Assembly: GCA_000004695.1 (NCBI GenBank)
Contig: CM000151.3
Coordinates: forward strand, 1,952,001 to 2,016,000
Origin: Dictyostelium discoideum
Taxonomy: Eukaryota
Reading direction: 5' to 3'
DNA length: 64,000 bases
In this document: positions 36,104-50,148 of the stretch, piece after piece
How positions within the stretch are numbered: position 1 is the first letter of the stretch
Layout of the letters: each line of letters opens with the position of its first letter
The notes under the pieces: generated by a model
What the model saw: only the letters and a program-made list of their open reading frames with translations
What the model was told of the DNA's origin: nothing
Database searches by the model: none
Position numbers and translations under genes: made by a program

Positions 36104-39100
36104 ATTATACCACCAAAATCAAGCATAGAATTTGGAACAGAAAGTAATGCATTTATGACAGGTACAAAAGGATCAGTAATTTATATAGTATTACCACCAT
36201 CAAGTTCACCGATTAATGTTGGATCAATTCAATCATTAACTCATTTACAATCATTAAAACTTTGGGATCCATTAGTTTATATTATAATTGAATGGTCAAC
36301 ACCATATTGGTCACAACATAGTTGTAGTATTCAAGTACAACCACAACAAAATTCATCATTATTAAATGTTAAATCAAATTTATCACAAAGAGAAATTAAT
36401 AAACAAATTCATTCAGAAGTTTTAATGTTTATACATAATAATGATAGTAATGGTGAAATTCAATTTAAAATTTATAAAAATTCATTATCAAATAGTGGTA
36501 ATGGTAGTAGTGGTGGTAATAATAATAATAATAATAATAGTTTAAATAATAGTAATAATAGTATAGGTAGCAGTGGTGGTAATGGTGGTGGTGGTAGTAA
36601 TGGTTCATCACCAAGTATGTCACCACAATTTACATCAATTTCAAAAACAAATTCACCACAAATTATTAATACAAGTAGTAATAATTTAAATAGTAGTAGT
36701 GGTAATAATAATAAACCAATATTTTCAATTGTAGATAATGATTATACATCATCACAATCAACATCATCAATACCAGTAGTTGCAGGTATAAATAGTAATA
36801 GTAATAGTAATACTAGTGGTAGTGGTAGTACAAGTATATCATCACCAAATTCATCATTTTCATCAAGTTTACCATCATTTTTTTCAAATAATTTCCCATT
36901 ACCATGGTCAAATGATGGATTTGGAGTTGATGGTGGTTGGAAAGCAAATGTAAAGAGAGGATCACGTGGTCAATTTATAACGATTCGTAATAATACAAGT
37001 AAACATTTAATAAGAAGGAATCAAACATGTTTAAATAGTGGAAGATGGTGTGAACCACCACCAGAGGGTATACCACCCAATTCTATGATTGAATTTGGTT
37101 CGGTTAGTAGTGGTTTCACTACGGGTACTGATGGTGTAATTCATTATCATAGTCAAGGTTCGAAATCTGATTTTAGATTTCAATTTAATAATCCATTAAT
37201 GGGTAAATCATCATTCACCTATCATTGTCCAAATGGTTTCAATGTTGAAGAGAAATATACTGATGGTAATATCTCATCAGTATCATTCACAATTAATGAA
37301 GGTGATAGTCAAACAATTCCAAAACAAATACCTGATTCACCATTACCAATACCACCAATTAAAACTGATCCAAAACAAGTTTTCATAAATGATGATTCAA
37401 TTAGAATATTTTCATTTAATGTTGGTTCAATAAATGTTAAAGAAAGTGGTAAAGAATTAATGAATATTAATAATAATAATAATAACAATAATAGCAATAA
37501 TAATAATAATAATAATGATCAAAATAAAGATAAAGATAATCAAATGTTAAATAATTCAAATTTAATTAATAAAAGAATTGAACAAATTTCAAAGAATTTA
37601 ATTAATTTTTCAGAGAAATATGATATAATATTATTACAAGAAGTATTTTTAGATTCATCAAAAGATATTTTAATAAAGAATTTAAAGATTTATTATCCTT
37701 ATATTATTGATAGATGTGGTGAAAATTCGGGATTATTCTTTGCAAGTAGATTCCCACCACTATGGAATGAATTTAGACAATTTAATAATGGTATTGGATC
37801 TGATGTAAAATATGGTAAAGGTGTACAAGGTGTGAAATTGGATATATCAACCATTAAAGAGAATACTTATCTTTACGTTTTCAATGCAAATTTACAAGCT
37901 AATCCTGATAACTCAATCGCTTGGCAAATGGTGAATGGTGATGATAAGCAAAGGAAAGCAGCAACAGTGCGTACATTACAATTACAATCGATTCGTGATT
38001 TCATTTCAACGGAATTGGCAATGCAATCTTCAACCATTGCAAACTCTGCTCTATTATTAGTTGGTGATTTCAATTTAAATGCAGAGGTTGAGCAAGTCAT
38101 TTCCGATCATGAGAGTAATAGTATCACTCTCTCACAAATCATACCAGAGTTGGCAAAGAAAATCAATAGTAAAGAGATCACCCTAACTTTTAGTTACCAA
38201 TTGTTAGAGTATTTAAATGATTTAAATATTCCAATGAGATATTTAGGCATTCTAAGATCACAATTACAAAATAATCGTATGAAATCTTTGGTACTCACTG
38301 AAATGATCACCTATATCATCAAGAAGGATATCATTGAACATTTAACTCAACGTCATAATCAATATCAGTCAAATATTAATGAAGATGAACAAATCTATAG
38401 AGAGGTGGTATTGGAGACTTTTAATTTAATATTTCATTATACTAGAAAGGATTGTATTCAATTTTGGCGTCATCATCTTAGAAAGAGATTAAGATCCGAG
38501 TTTAGTTCATCCCTATCGGAAATTGAACAACAAGATTGGGTGGATTTAAGAACTCATGTAATTAATCTTCAACTATTTACAAGTTTAAAATATTCTTTAG
38601 AGATCACTTTTAATCCAAAAGCTGTTTTCCAAATTATGAAAGGTTCAAGAATAAATACAAAAGAAATCATACCCATACCATTGATTTTACCTGAACAAAT
38701 CGAAGAAATCATTTTACCACCATTAACTTCTTATTGGGGTTCAGATTCAAATACTGATATAAATTATTTTACAAATATTGATCATTTAAAAGAACAACAA
38801 AAAAAACAAGCTCAATTACAACAATTACAACAACAACAAGCTCAACAACAACAACAAGCTCAACAACAAACCCAACAACAACAAAATTCAAATATAAATA
38901 TAATTAATACAATAGAATCATCACAAATTCAACAAAATAATAATATACAAATTTATTTGAAACAAACTGATGAATATAATAATATGTTAAAGATATTAGG
39001 TAATCCTGTTGATTTATTTAGAGAGTCTAATCCATTTTCACCAGGTTATACAATTCATCAATCTTTAAATCAACGTGTTGAAAAACCTTCACTCAAAGAA

Positions 39101-39280
39101 CGTGTAGATTATATATTAAACTTTAAATTATCTCCAAATTTTGGTGATCATGAAGGTAGAAATCAATTATTAAAATTGGAATGTACTGAAACTAATATAG
39201 TTCCAATGGGTGCAACTCCTCAAACTAGATTATCAAATCATTTTGCATTAGAATGTATATTACATATTAAAAAGAAATAA
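35848..39280 (+). CDS. Large protein with an internal duplicated N-terminal module, a Ser/Asn/Gly-rich linker, an EEP (endonuclease/exonuclease/phosphatase, neutral sphingomyelinase/CCR4-like) catalytic domain and a Clu-like C-terminal region. 2 exons: join(35848..35992, 36102..39280)
   Basis: The gtatgt...aaaaag intron has verified phase (cca g|...|ag = GAG). Repeated module: IPPKSSIEFGTESNAFMTGTKGSVIYIVLPPSS versus IPPNSMIEFGSVSSGFTTGTDGVIHYHSQGS. EEP motifs: IRIFSFNVGS...YDIILLQEVF...YLYVFNANLQANPDNSIAWQMVNGDDKQRKAATVRTLQLQSIRDFI...LLLVGDFNLNAEVEQV (LQEV and GDFN are hallmark Mg-dependent phosphodiesterase motifs). C-terminus: ITLTFSYQLLEYLNDLNIPMRYLGILRSQLQNNRMKSLVLTEMITYIIKKDIIEHL resembles the CLU central domain (...MRYLG...). 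A Gln-rich coiled-coil lies near the end. Confidence 0.6.
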
Positions 39281-40057
39281 AGAAAAAAAAAAAACAAATA
39301 AATAAAAAACACAAATAAAAATTTATTATTTTATATATAAATAATAATTATTACTTTATTTTAAATAATTATTTAAAGAAATAAAAAATAAAAAAGTAAA
39401 TTTTAATCATTTATTTTAATAATAAATATTATTATTATTATTATTATTATCATTTTTTTTTTAATTGACTCTCCTTTCTGTATTTTTCATACTTTAATTA
39501 AAAACACTTTTTTTTTTTTTTTTTTTTTTTTTTTGTTGGTGGGACATGTGTTATTTCTATTTTTATATTAACACATTGGTTTTTTTTTTTTTATTATTTT
39601 TTTTTTTTTTTTCTATTTTTATTTTTATTTTTTATTTTATTTTTATTTTTATTTTATTTTTTTTATTTTTTTTTTTTTTTTTGTAATCTGTTGGATAGAT
39701 ACATAATAAATCTATCACATAAAATTTTTATTATTTATTTTAAACAAATTAAAATTAAAATTAAAATAAAAAGACAATATATATGAAATCAAAAAAAAAA
39801 AAAAAAATAAAATAAAAATATAAATAAAAAAAAAAAAAAAAAAAAAAAGGAAATAAAAAGAAGAAAAATATTAATATCCTTTTAATTGTTGAAACTATAA
39901 TTATAGTTAATATTTATTGATAGTTAAATTGTAATAGTAAATTGTGTAACATAAATTCTTAATTAATTAAAACAATAAAAATAATTAAAAATAATTAAAA
40001 TAATAATAATAATAAAATAAAAATAATAGTAAATATAATAATTTTATAAAAAATAAA

Positions 40058-40121
40058 ATGCCTCGATATTTTTATATATTTAATGAAACAACTTATGATA
40101 TGGATCTTAAATTAGCATGTA

Positions 40122-40164
<43 letters not shown>

Positions 40165-40456
40165 TATTTTTTATTATTTTTTTTTAATTAAAAGATAAAT
40201 AAATAACAAATAATTTAAAATTTTTGATATAGATGTAAGCTTTAAAGACCCATTTTCAAAAATTAGAATATCATTTTGTATTTTATTTTTTATTATATCA
40301 TTTGCAAGTTTATATTTTGGTAAAAGATCATATGATATTAGAAAAAAACCGACCTTTTTTACAGTTATAGCTATAATAGATTCAATAAGTTCTGCTTGTA
40401 TGTTTATTTATTTATTTATTTTTTATTTTTAAAAAATTTTTTTACATCATTATTAA

Positions 40457-40491
<35 letters not shown>

Positions 40492-41555
40492 ATAGTAAAG
40501 GTATTAGTTTTAGGAACCGAATTTATTAAACCAACTTCATTTATACAAATTGGAATTTCATCATTTATTTTTAATTTTAATTATATTTTGGTTCATATAT
40601 CAGTATCAGCTTTGGTATTTTATTGGTTTTATTTTTATTTCTATTTATTATTTTTTTGTTTTTTTGATAAAAAAACAAAATTTAATTTATACTTTTTTTT
40701 ATTTTTATTTTTTATTTAGGATTCATAAATATCATGATCATATAAAAAAACAATCAAAGAGTTGGTCATCAATGTTTATATGTGTAATATTTTTAATGTT
40801 TAATACATTTGGAATTTTAGTTTGTTTTGTTTATGCATATTGTGAAGCAAATAGGTTATGTGATTCTCAATTTTATAGGTCAACAACATATATAGTAAAT
40901 ATAATTTACTTTTTAGCTGATGTTTGTTATGCAGGTTCACTATTTGTTTATGGTTTTTTAATTGGTAAAAATCATAAAAAATCAATGGGTGTATGTATAA
41001 TAATTTTTATTATTTTTATTATTAAATTATAATTATTATAATTTTTATTTTTACATATTAATATTTTTTTTTTAAAAAAATTAAACAAAATAGATATTAG
41101 TTTGTTCAATTGCATTAGGAGTTACATTTTTATATAATGCAGTTGAATTATTTACAACAGCATTTATATCATCATTAAATGAAGTTCAATCAATGTTATT
41201 CGATATAACTGATTTATTAAATATAATTATTATTTATTTATGTGTGATTGGAATTGTTCATTTTGATACAGAAGTAAAAGTTAGATATTTAAAAAAATTG
41301 GAAGTTCCAAATCCTGACAAAGAAGAAAATATCAGTAATTCTCATTATATTCAAAATATAAATAAAATTACAAATGGTGATTTCAATTATAATAATAATA
41401 ATAATAATATTAATAATAATAATAATAACAATTTACATCGTCATCAAAATCATACTGGTGGTGCTGGAGGTATATCACCAATCTCAATTTTTAATAATGG
41501 TAATAATAATAATATTAATAATAATAATAATAATAATGGGAAAACTGCCATTTAA
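40058..41555 (+). CDS. Small multi-exon polytopic membrane protein with an Asn-rich C-terminal tail (about 5 exons; exon borders approximate: 40058..40121, about 40234..40402, about 40497..40632, about 40719..40973, about 41093..41555)
   Basis: Exon 1 is MPRYFYIFNETTYDMDLKLAC followed by gtaagag. Downstream exons are hydrophobic (ISFCILFFIISFASLYFGKRSYDIRKKPTFFTVIAIIDSISSACMFIYL; WSSMFICVIFLMFNTFGILVCFVYAYCEANRLCDSQFYRSTTYIVNIIYFLADVCYAGSLFVYGFLIG; LVCSIALGVTFLYNAVELFTTAFISSLNEVQSMLFDITDLLNIIIIYLCVIGIVHFDTEVKVRYLKK) and are separated by short AT-rich gt...ag introns. Exon borders were not all phase-checked. Confidence 0.4.
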
Positions 41556-41620
41556 TAAACAGTTTATAAAAAGTTTAAAAGAATTATATTTTTTTTAATT
41601 TTTTTATTTTTAATTTTTAA

Positions 41621-41651
<31 letters not shown>

Positions 41652-41874
41652 AACTAGGATATTATTTGTTTGAAAATTAAAAAAATTAAATCTATAATAA
41701 TAATAATAAAAAAAAAAATAAAAAAAAAAAAATTTAATTGGTGTTTTGCAGGAATTGCATGTGTGAGGTCTTGTTTAACTATGACTTTTTAATTTTTTAA
41801 TTGAATCTATTTTTTTTTTATTATTAATAATTTTTTTTTTTTTTTTTTTTTATTTTTGGAAAAGGAAAGTTTAA

Positions 41875-41918
<44 letters not shown>

Positions 41919-42415
41919 TTTTTTATTTTTTTATTTTTTTTTTTATCGATTTGTTTTATTTTTATAACTTCTTCAAACTTAAAGAAATCAAATTCATATA
42001 AAACAAACCTTTTTATTTAAGATTTCAAAGATTTTAAAAAATTTTCAGTCAAAAAGTTTGTTTTTTGGGGGTCAGATTTTTTTAATTTTAAAGGTTTATA
42101 AATATTTTTAAAATCAAATAATTTTCACCCTAATATTCCATAATGTAGCCTACTTTTTCATTTTAATAAGATAAATGAAACCCGTTCATTGATATTATGT
42201 ACCCTATTTTAATAGATTGCTTATAAAAAAAAAAGTATAAATAAAAATCAAAAAAAAAAAATTTTATTCATTAACAACAATAAAAAAAAAAAATATATAT
42301 ATATAGTTTATTTAATTTATTTAATTTAAACAAAAATAATCTCTCTCTCTTTCTTTATAAATTTATTAATATTTTAATTATTTTTTTTAAAAAAAAAAAA
42401 ATAAAAAAAAAAATT

Positions 42416-45400
42416 ATGGAAAACTTTAAATATAGAAATAATGAAAATGATGTTGCAATTATTGGTATTGGATTTAGATTACCAGGTTGTAAAAATTTTA
42501 CACCAAATGAATTATGGAATAATTTAAAAAATGGATTTAATGGAGTGGTTGAATTAAGTAATAGATGGAGTGACAATTTCTATACAATGGGTAAAGTTAG
42601 TAGTGCATATGCTGGTTTATTACCATTTGACGAACTAAAATCGTTTGATCCATTATTTTTCGGTATTAATCCAACAGAAGTGCCAACAATTGACCCACAA
42701 CAAAGAATATTATTAAAATGTACATGGGAAGCATTTGAAGATGCTGGAATTGATCCAATTAAAATCCGTGGTTCAAATACATCGGTTTTCATTGGTACCT
42801 CAACTAATGATTATCAAAGAATCATTAGAGAAAAAGATCAAACAATTACAAATGCATTTGGTACATCTTTACATGCTACATCAAATCGTATTTCATACTG
42901 TTTTGATTTTCGTGGTCCATCAATGACTCTTGATACTGCTTGTTCTTCCTCTTTAAATTGTGTAAAATTAGGTTATCAATCAATTAGAGATGGTACTTCA
43001 AATTTATCAATTGCTGGTGGTGTAAATTTAATTATTGGTAAATTATTATTTTAATAATTAATTAATTATTATTATTGTTATTTTAAATTAATTTTTTTTT
43101 TTTTTTCTTTTTAGATCCATACTTTACTGCTAGTATTTCCGATTTAAATATTCTTAGCAAAACTGGTTCATGTAAAACATTTGATGCAAGTGCAGATGGA
43201 TTTGCACGTGCTGAAGGGTCTGGTATAATTGTTATGAAGAATTTGAAACAAGCAATGATTGATGGTGATAAGATTTATTGTGTAATTAAAGGTGCTAGTT
43301 CAAATGTAGATGGTGGTGGTTTACAAGATAAATCCAATTTTTATGCACCATCATCTTTATCACAATGCAATAATATTAAGATGGCATTAAAATCAACTAA
43401 TGGTACTGTTGAACCAAAAGATATTTCATATTTTGAATGTCATGGTACTGGTACACCAACTGGAGATCCAATTGAAACTAGAGGTATTTCAATGGTTTTT
43501 AATGATGAAAGTCGTTCAAAAGAAAATCCATTATTAATTGGTTCAATTAAATCAAATATTGGCCATTTAGAAGCTGGTTCTGGTATTGCTTCATTAATTA
43601 AATGTTGTTTAATGTTTAAAAATAAATGTTTTGCTCCAAACATTAATTTTAAAGTACCCAATCCTAAAATTAAATTTGAAGAATGGAATTTAAAAGTTGT
43701 AACTGAACCAATTCAATTCACAAAATCAAATACTTGTATTGGGTTAAGTAATTTTGGTGTAACTGGTTCAAATTGTTGTTTAATTTTATCACAATTTAAC
43801 AATAATAATAATGATAATCAAATTGTTGGAAATAATAATAATATCAAATCAAATAAAGAATATCTAATACCATTCTCATCAAATTCTGTTAAATCATTAG
43901 AAAACTATCAACAATTGTTAATTAAAAATGGTGAAAATGAATTTAAATTTTTAGAATTTATTAAACATCAAATTTTTACTAAACCAACCTCACTTTATCA
44001 ACGTTCTGTAGTTATTGCATCAAGTTGGGATCAATTTAATAATGCCAAGATAATGAAAACATCAAATTCAAAATCATCAAATATTTCAATTGAAAGAAAT
44101 AATCCAATAACTGTATTTGTATTTTGTGGTCAAGGTTCACAATATGATAGAATGGGTTTGGAATTATATAATAATGATTTTATTTTTAAAGAATCAATGG
44201 ATTTATTGGATAATAAATTATCAAAATATTATGGTTATTCAGTTTTAGAGAAATTAAGAAATTGTGATTCAAAATCAATTCAGCATCCAATGATTGCTCA
44301 ACCTGTAATGTGTATGTTTAATATATCATTATTTGAATTGTATAAACATTGGGGTATAGAAGTATCATTTATAATTGGCCATAGTTTAGGTGAAATTCCA
44401 GCAGCATATTGTTCAGGTATGATTAATATAGATACTTTATGTTATTTAATTTATCATAGATCAATCGCACAAACTAAAACCCATACCAATGGAAGAATGT
44501 TATCAATTAATATCAGTGCAGATGAATACTTTTCACAATATTCTAAACAATATCCAGATATTGAAATTGCATGTTTCAATTCACCAACTTCAATAGTCAT
44601 TGCCGGTAATGAACAAAAATTAAACGAAATTTCTGAAATTCTAAAAGAAAAAGGTATATTTTCAGCAATGTTGGCTTCACTATCATCATTCCATACAAGT
44701 AGCCAAAATAAAGTAAAAGAGGATATTGTAAATAAACAATTTGATTCTAAACAATCTGAAATTCCAATATTTTCTACAGTTACAACAAATTTATTCGATT
44801 CAGTAACATCACCATTCAACTCTAGTTATGTATTTAATAATATAGTTTCTCCAGTTAAATTTTCACAAACAATTTCAAATTTATATAAACATATAGAATC
44901 AAATCAATTAGGAAATGATATCGTTTTCATTGAATTGGCTCCACATCCAACATTACAATTTTATTTAAAACAAATGATACCAAAACCAACTAATGATGAT
45001 AATTCAATTGAATTTAAAGTTTCAGTTTATTCAGCACTTAATAAGAAAAACAATGATATTGAAGAAATTCAAAGAACCATCTCACAATTATATTGTGATA
45101 ATGGCTATAATGTTAATTTTAAATGTCAATTCCAACATGATGATACCCATGGATCCATCAATTCAAATATCAATCAATTATCTAATATTAGTTTACCACA
45201 TTATCAATGGGATGATGAAAAATATTGGAAAGAAGATCCAAGTATTTCCAAACTTATTGTAAATGGTCCACAAACTGATAATTTAGGTTATTTAAATGAA
45301 AATTCACCAAATTCCAAATCATATGAAACATTTATAGATATTAAGAGACCACCATTCCAATATTTAAAAGGTCATATGGTAAAAGGAAAATACTATTTCC

Positions 45401-48400
45401 CAGGTTGTGGTTATATTGATAATTTATTAAAAATATACAAATCACAAGATTTAACAATTAATCAAATGGGATTTAAATCACCATTAATTTTTATAGAAGG
45501 TGTTAATCAAGCTTTACAAACAAATATATTTAAAAAATCAACTTCTAACACCACCACCAATAATAATGATGAATTTAGAGTTGAATATCATTTTAATGAT
45601 CAAAAAACAAATCGATGGATTTTATCATCATTTGGTGATTTTCAATTATCAAATCATTCAAGTAACTCTGATAATTTAGAAAAGATAAATATTAAACAAT
45701 TAATCCAAAATCAATGTAATTTAACAAAATTATCAAGGGATGAATTGTATAGTCATATAAAATCTAAAACAGGTTTAACATATAATGGTGTATTCCAAGG
45801 TGTAAATAAATGTTATCTTGGTGAAAATTGTTCATTATCAGAGGTTTCATTAGAATTAAAGAGAGAGCCATCATCATTTTTCAATACTGCTGTATTAGAT
45901 ACATGTTTACATGGTATGCTTTGTTTGTTAGAGGAACAATCTCAATTGGTGTTTGATAGAATTGAAGGTTTTAAATACCATTCTTCAAATGTACCAACAA
46001 GTGAAGAAGAAATGAAAATACATTCTAATATTTATGTTTACTCTACTATTAATCCATCAAGAATTGGTGATTCATATTCTGCATCAATTGTAATAATGAT
46101 GGAAGATGGTACGGTTTTAATTGAAATTGAAAATGCAGTTTGTACATCTTTAACTCCAATTAAAGAATCAATATCAGTTAAATATCCAACTAATCAATTA
46201 TTTTCAATGTATCTTCAATCTAAAGATTCACCAATTCCATCACCATTAAATTTCAAATCATTATATAATCAAAACCAACAACAATTAAAAATAGATAAAC
46301 AATTTACAGATTGGATGCAAAAATGTGAAAAATTCATTTCAAATCAATTCTTTAAAAATATTGAAAAAAGAAATCCAGAAATTAATTTAGAAATTTTAAA
46401 TTCAAAAACCATTATTGAATTAAAATCAAAATATTGTCAAAATTTAAAAAATGAAAGATTATTTCAATTTGTTTTTGAAACTATTAAACAACTTGGTGTT
46501 AATGCCTATGATGATGATGATGATTTAACAATTGATTCAAGTGAAGATAGAAAAAGTATTTATGAAATTTTAATAAAATCAACTAAAGTAATTCCAAAAT
46601 TATTATTCCCATTAGAGGATGAAGATTTAACAATTGATTCACCACAATCTCTTTTTGAAAATGGTTTATTGGATAGATTTTATAATAATCCAAATTTAAT
46701 GACAAATCAATGTCAGCTTATTGCTCAAATTATTAAAGAATCTTTAAAACCATTATTAAATAAAAAGATGGTATTTAGAATTTTAGAAATGGGTGGTGGT
46801 ACATGTTCATTATCAGTTGTTGTATTAAATTTAATTAATCAATTACTTTTAGAGAATCCTTCATTTGAAATTGATATAGAATATACTTGGAGTGATATTT
46901 CACCATCGTTCATCTCAGCCGCTAAAGAAAAACTATCACATATAGATAAACGTATAAATATTCTATATCGTTCAATTGATATTGAGCAACCATTTATTGA
47001 AAAGCAAGATCTTAGTCCATCATATTATGATTTTGTAATAATGTCAAATGTATTACATGTTGTAAAGAAATTATCACCAAGTTTAGATGAAATTCATAAA
47101 ATACTCACTCCAAACGGTCATTTATTATTTGTTGAAATTCCATATAAAGAACTTATATCTGATAGTATTTTTGGTGCATTCAATCAATGGTGGGCATTTG
47201 AAGACACTGATATTAGAAAGGATAGATGTAGTATACCACCAAATCAATGGATTCAAGTTTTGTCGAATCACAATTATAAAGATACTATAGTCTCTGATAA
47301 TAAAGAATGTACATGGTGCTGTTTTGTTATTCACTCTCAAAAACCATCACTTTTAGAACTATCAAAAAAAATTGAATGTAATCAATATGATAATATTATA
47401 GTTTTTGGAAATGAAAATAGTCAAGATAATTTCACCAAATCTATAAAATTATCATATAATAATAATATAATTAAATGGGTATCAAATATTGTAGAAATTA
47501 AAAAGTTTATTAAATTAAATATTATTACAAATAATTCAATAATTTATTTTACAAAAGGTATTGAAGAATTAACAATTGATAATTTCAAATTAATTAATTT
47601 CCAATATATTCAAATTAATCAATTATTATTAAAATATGAATCAAAATGTAAAAATGTATTGGTTACTCGTGATTGTGATGGTTCAAATTATTTAGCATCA
47701 TCATTAATCGGTGCAGCAAGATATTTTGATGAATATCGTCAACTTGAATTATTTACTTTAGATTTTGATAATGATACAATTCAATCATGTGATGAATGTA
47801 GTAGTAGTAGTTGTAGCAATTTAATTAAATTAATTGAACCATTAATTGATCCAAAAATTAATATTCAAAGAGAATTTTTAATTAGAAATAATCGAGTTTA
47901 TTTTGAAAGAGCAAAATTAGAAACAAATTTAAAGAAATCTTTTAAATCTGAATCATTTGAAAATAGTAATAAATTAATTTCAACATTAAATTTTAATTTA
48001 GATTATCAATTACAATCCAAACCATTTAAACAATTACTACAAAATGAAATTGAAGTTGAAATTAAAGCAACAGGTATTAATTATAGAGATTATTTAGTAT
48101 TTACTGGTTCTTTACCAATTGAAAAAACTAATCATAATGGAATATCAAATCAACCTGAATTTGGTGTTGATTTTTCTGGTATAGTTACCAAAGTTGGTGG
48201 TGGTGGTGGTAATGGAGAATTTAAAGTTGGTGATAGAGTTTATGGCATTGGACATAATACAACATCATCACATATAACAATTGATTCAAGATATGCTAGT
48301 TTAATACCAAATAGTTTAGATTATATTGAAGCTTCATCAATAACATCTTCATATATATTGTCATTGTATGGTATTTTTGATATTGGTAATTTAGATATTC

Positions 48401-50148
48401 AAGATAATGAATCAATTTTAATTCATTCAGGTACTGGTGGTATTGGTTTATCAGCATTAAATTCATTGAGATGGAAAGGTCATAAATCCCATCTATTCGT
48501 TACTGTTAGTTCAAAAGAAAAAGAACAATACCTTCGTGATAATTATGGTTCGTTCATTACAGGAATTTATTCAAATAAAGATAAGAACTATCCAAAATTA
48601 ATTAAAGAAAAGTTAAATCAATTAGGATCAAATAAACAAGGTGTAGATTTAATATTAAGTAGTTTACCAAATGGTGATGATAATTTAAATTTTAAATGTT
48701 TAGCAAAGAATGGTAGAATAATTGATCTTTCAAATAATATTGATTTATTTAATATTAGTAAAAGTAAAATTAAGAAATTGTTAAATACAATTAATGATGG
48801 GTTTGAAAGTGGTGAATTACAAGTGATACCAATTATTGAATTTTCAAACTCAAATATTAGAGATGCAATTGAATTTATTAATGAACGTCAACATATTGGT
48901 AAAATAGTTATATCTCATGATGATTCAAATCTATTAATTGATTTAATTAATAAACATTCAAACCAACCAAATTATTCAATACTAAAATCAGATTACCAAA
49001 TTTCTCAATCAAATTTAGGTAAAAATATATTAATTACCGGTCAATCAGGTATAGTTTTAGAAATTTTAAAATGGATTATTAAATTTTCAAATTCAATTGA
49101 AAATGTTATAATTTTATCAAAATCATTAATGAAATGGGAATTGGAATTATTAATTGGTAAAACAATGAAAAAAGCAAATAACAAAATTAAATTTCATTTC
49201 AAGAGTGTTGATGTAAGTGATTCAATACAAGTTGAGAATTCAATTAATCAAATTTTAAATGATAATCCAAATATTGTAAATATCGATTCAATTTTTCATT
49301 TTGCATTTACTCAAATAACTAAAAAAGTTGAAGAAATTGATATGGAAAGTTTAAATGTATCTCATAATGCCAAAACTATTGGTGCAATTAATTTACATAA
49401 TCAATCAATTAATAGAAATTGGAGATTGAATAATTTTGTAATGGCATCATCTGCAACATCAATCATTGGTTCAACCGATCAGTGTAGTTATGTTTGTGCA
49501 AATACTGTATTGGATTCATTATCAAAGTATAGAAAATCAATTGGGTTGCCATCAATTTGCACAAATTATGGTGCTATTGAATCAGCAGGTTTCGTATCAA
49601 AGAATGAATCTGTTGCGGCAATGTTTAATGGTATTGGAATTATTTCAATCTCAACCGATTTAATATTGGGTACATTGGATTTACAAATTCAAAATCAACA
49701 ATCTTCAACCAATTTAATGTTGAGTGATTTTAATTTTTTAAATTTTGTAAATAATAATTTACAATTATCATTAATCTCAAAATTTGATTTCCAAACTAAT
49801 TTAGCTAAAAATCAAGTTAATGAAAAATTACAAAACCAAACCCAAAATCAAAACCTTCAAATTCAATCACCATCATCAACAACTGATTGTCAAACAATTA
49901 TTAAAGATTCATTTTTACATAAAATTTCTGAAGTACTATCAATTGATATTTCAAAATTAAATTTGGATTTGAAATTATTAGACTATGGTGCTGATTCTTT
50001 AGCAATTGTTCAAATTAAAAATTGGATCGATATGGAAGTATCACCAAATTTAATTGTCATTCAACAACTTCAAACTTTTACAATAACTTCATCCATTCAA
50101 TATACAATTAATTCATTTTTAAAGAAAAAAGTTCAAAGCCAAGAATAA
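42416..50148 (+). CDS. Type I iterative highly reducing polyketide synthase, 2552 aa, 2 exons: join(42416..43037, 43115..50148). Domain order KS-AT-DH-cMT-ER-KR-ACP
   Basis: KS: [13 protein letters not shown]...[19 protein letters not shown]...[14 protein letters not shown] (active Cys codon 42941..42943), spliced across a 77-nt gtaaat...ctttttag intron (phase checked: g|at = D) to ...[11 protein letters not shown]...[14 protein letters not shown]...[17 protein letters not shown]: [14 protein letters not shown]...[11 protein letters not shown] (44378..44395). DH: [22 protein letters not shown]. cMT: [14 protein letters not shown]...[13 protein letters not shown]: [13 protein letters not shown]...[13 protein letters not shown]: [16 protein letters not shown]...[24 protein letters not shown]: [18 protein letters not shown] (Ser codon 49996..49998). 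No TE or R domain is present, as in many Dictyostelium PKSs. Confidence 0.85.

Noticed and set aside
42416-43054. Treating 42416..43054 (a 212-aa KS fragment ending ...[11 protein letters not shown]) as a separate short gene
   Set aside because: The stop lies in a 77-nt intron. gtaaat...ctttttag splicing at 43037/43115 restores the KS sequence (...IIG|[37 protein letters not shown]...) in phase.
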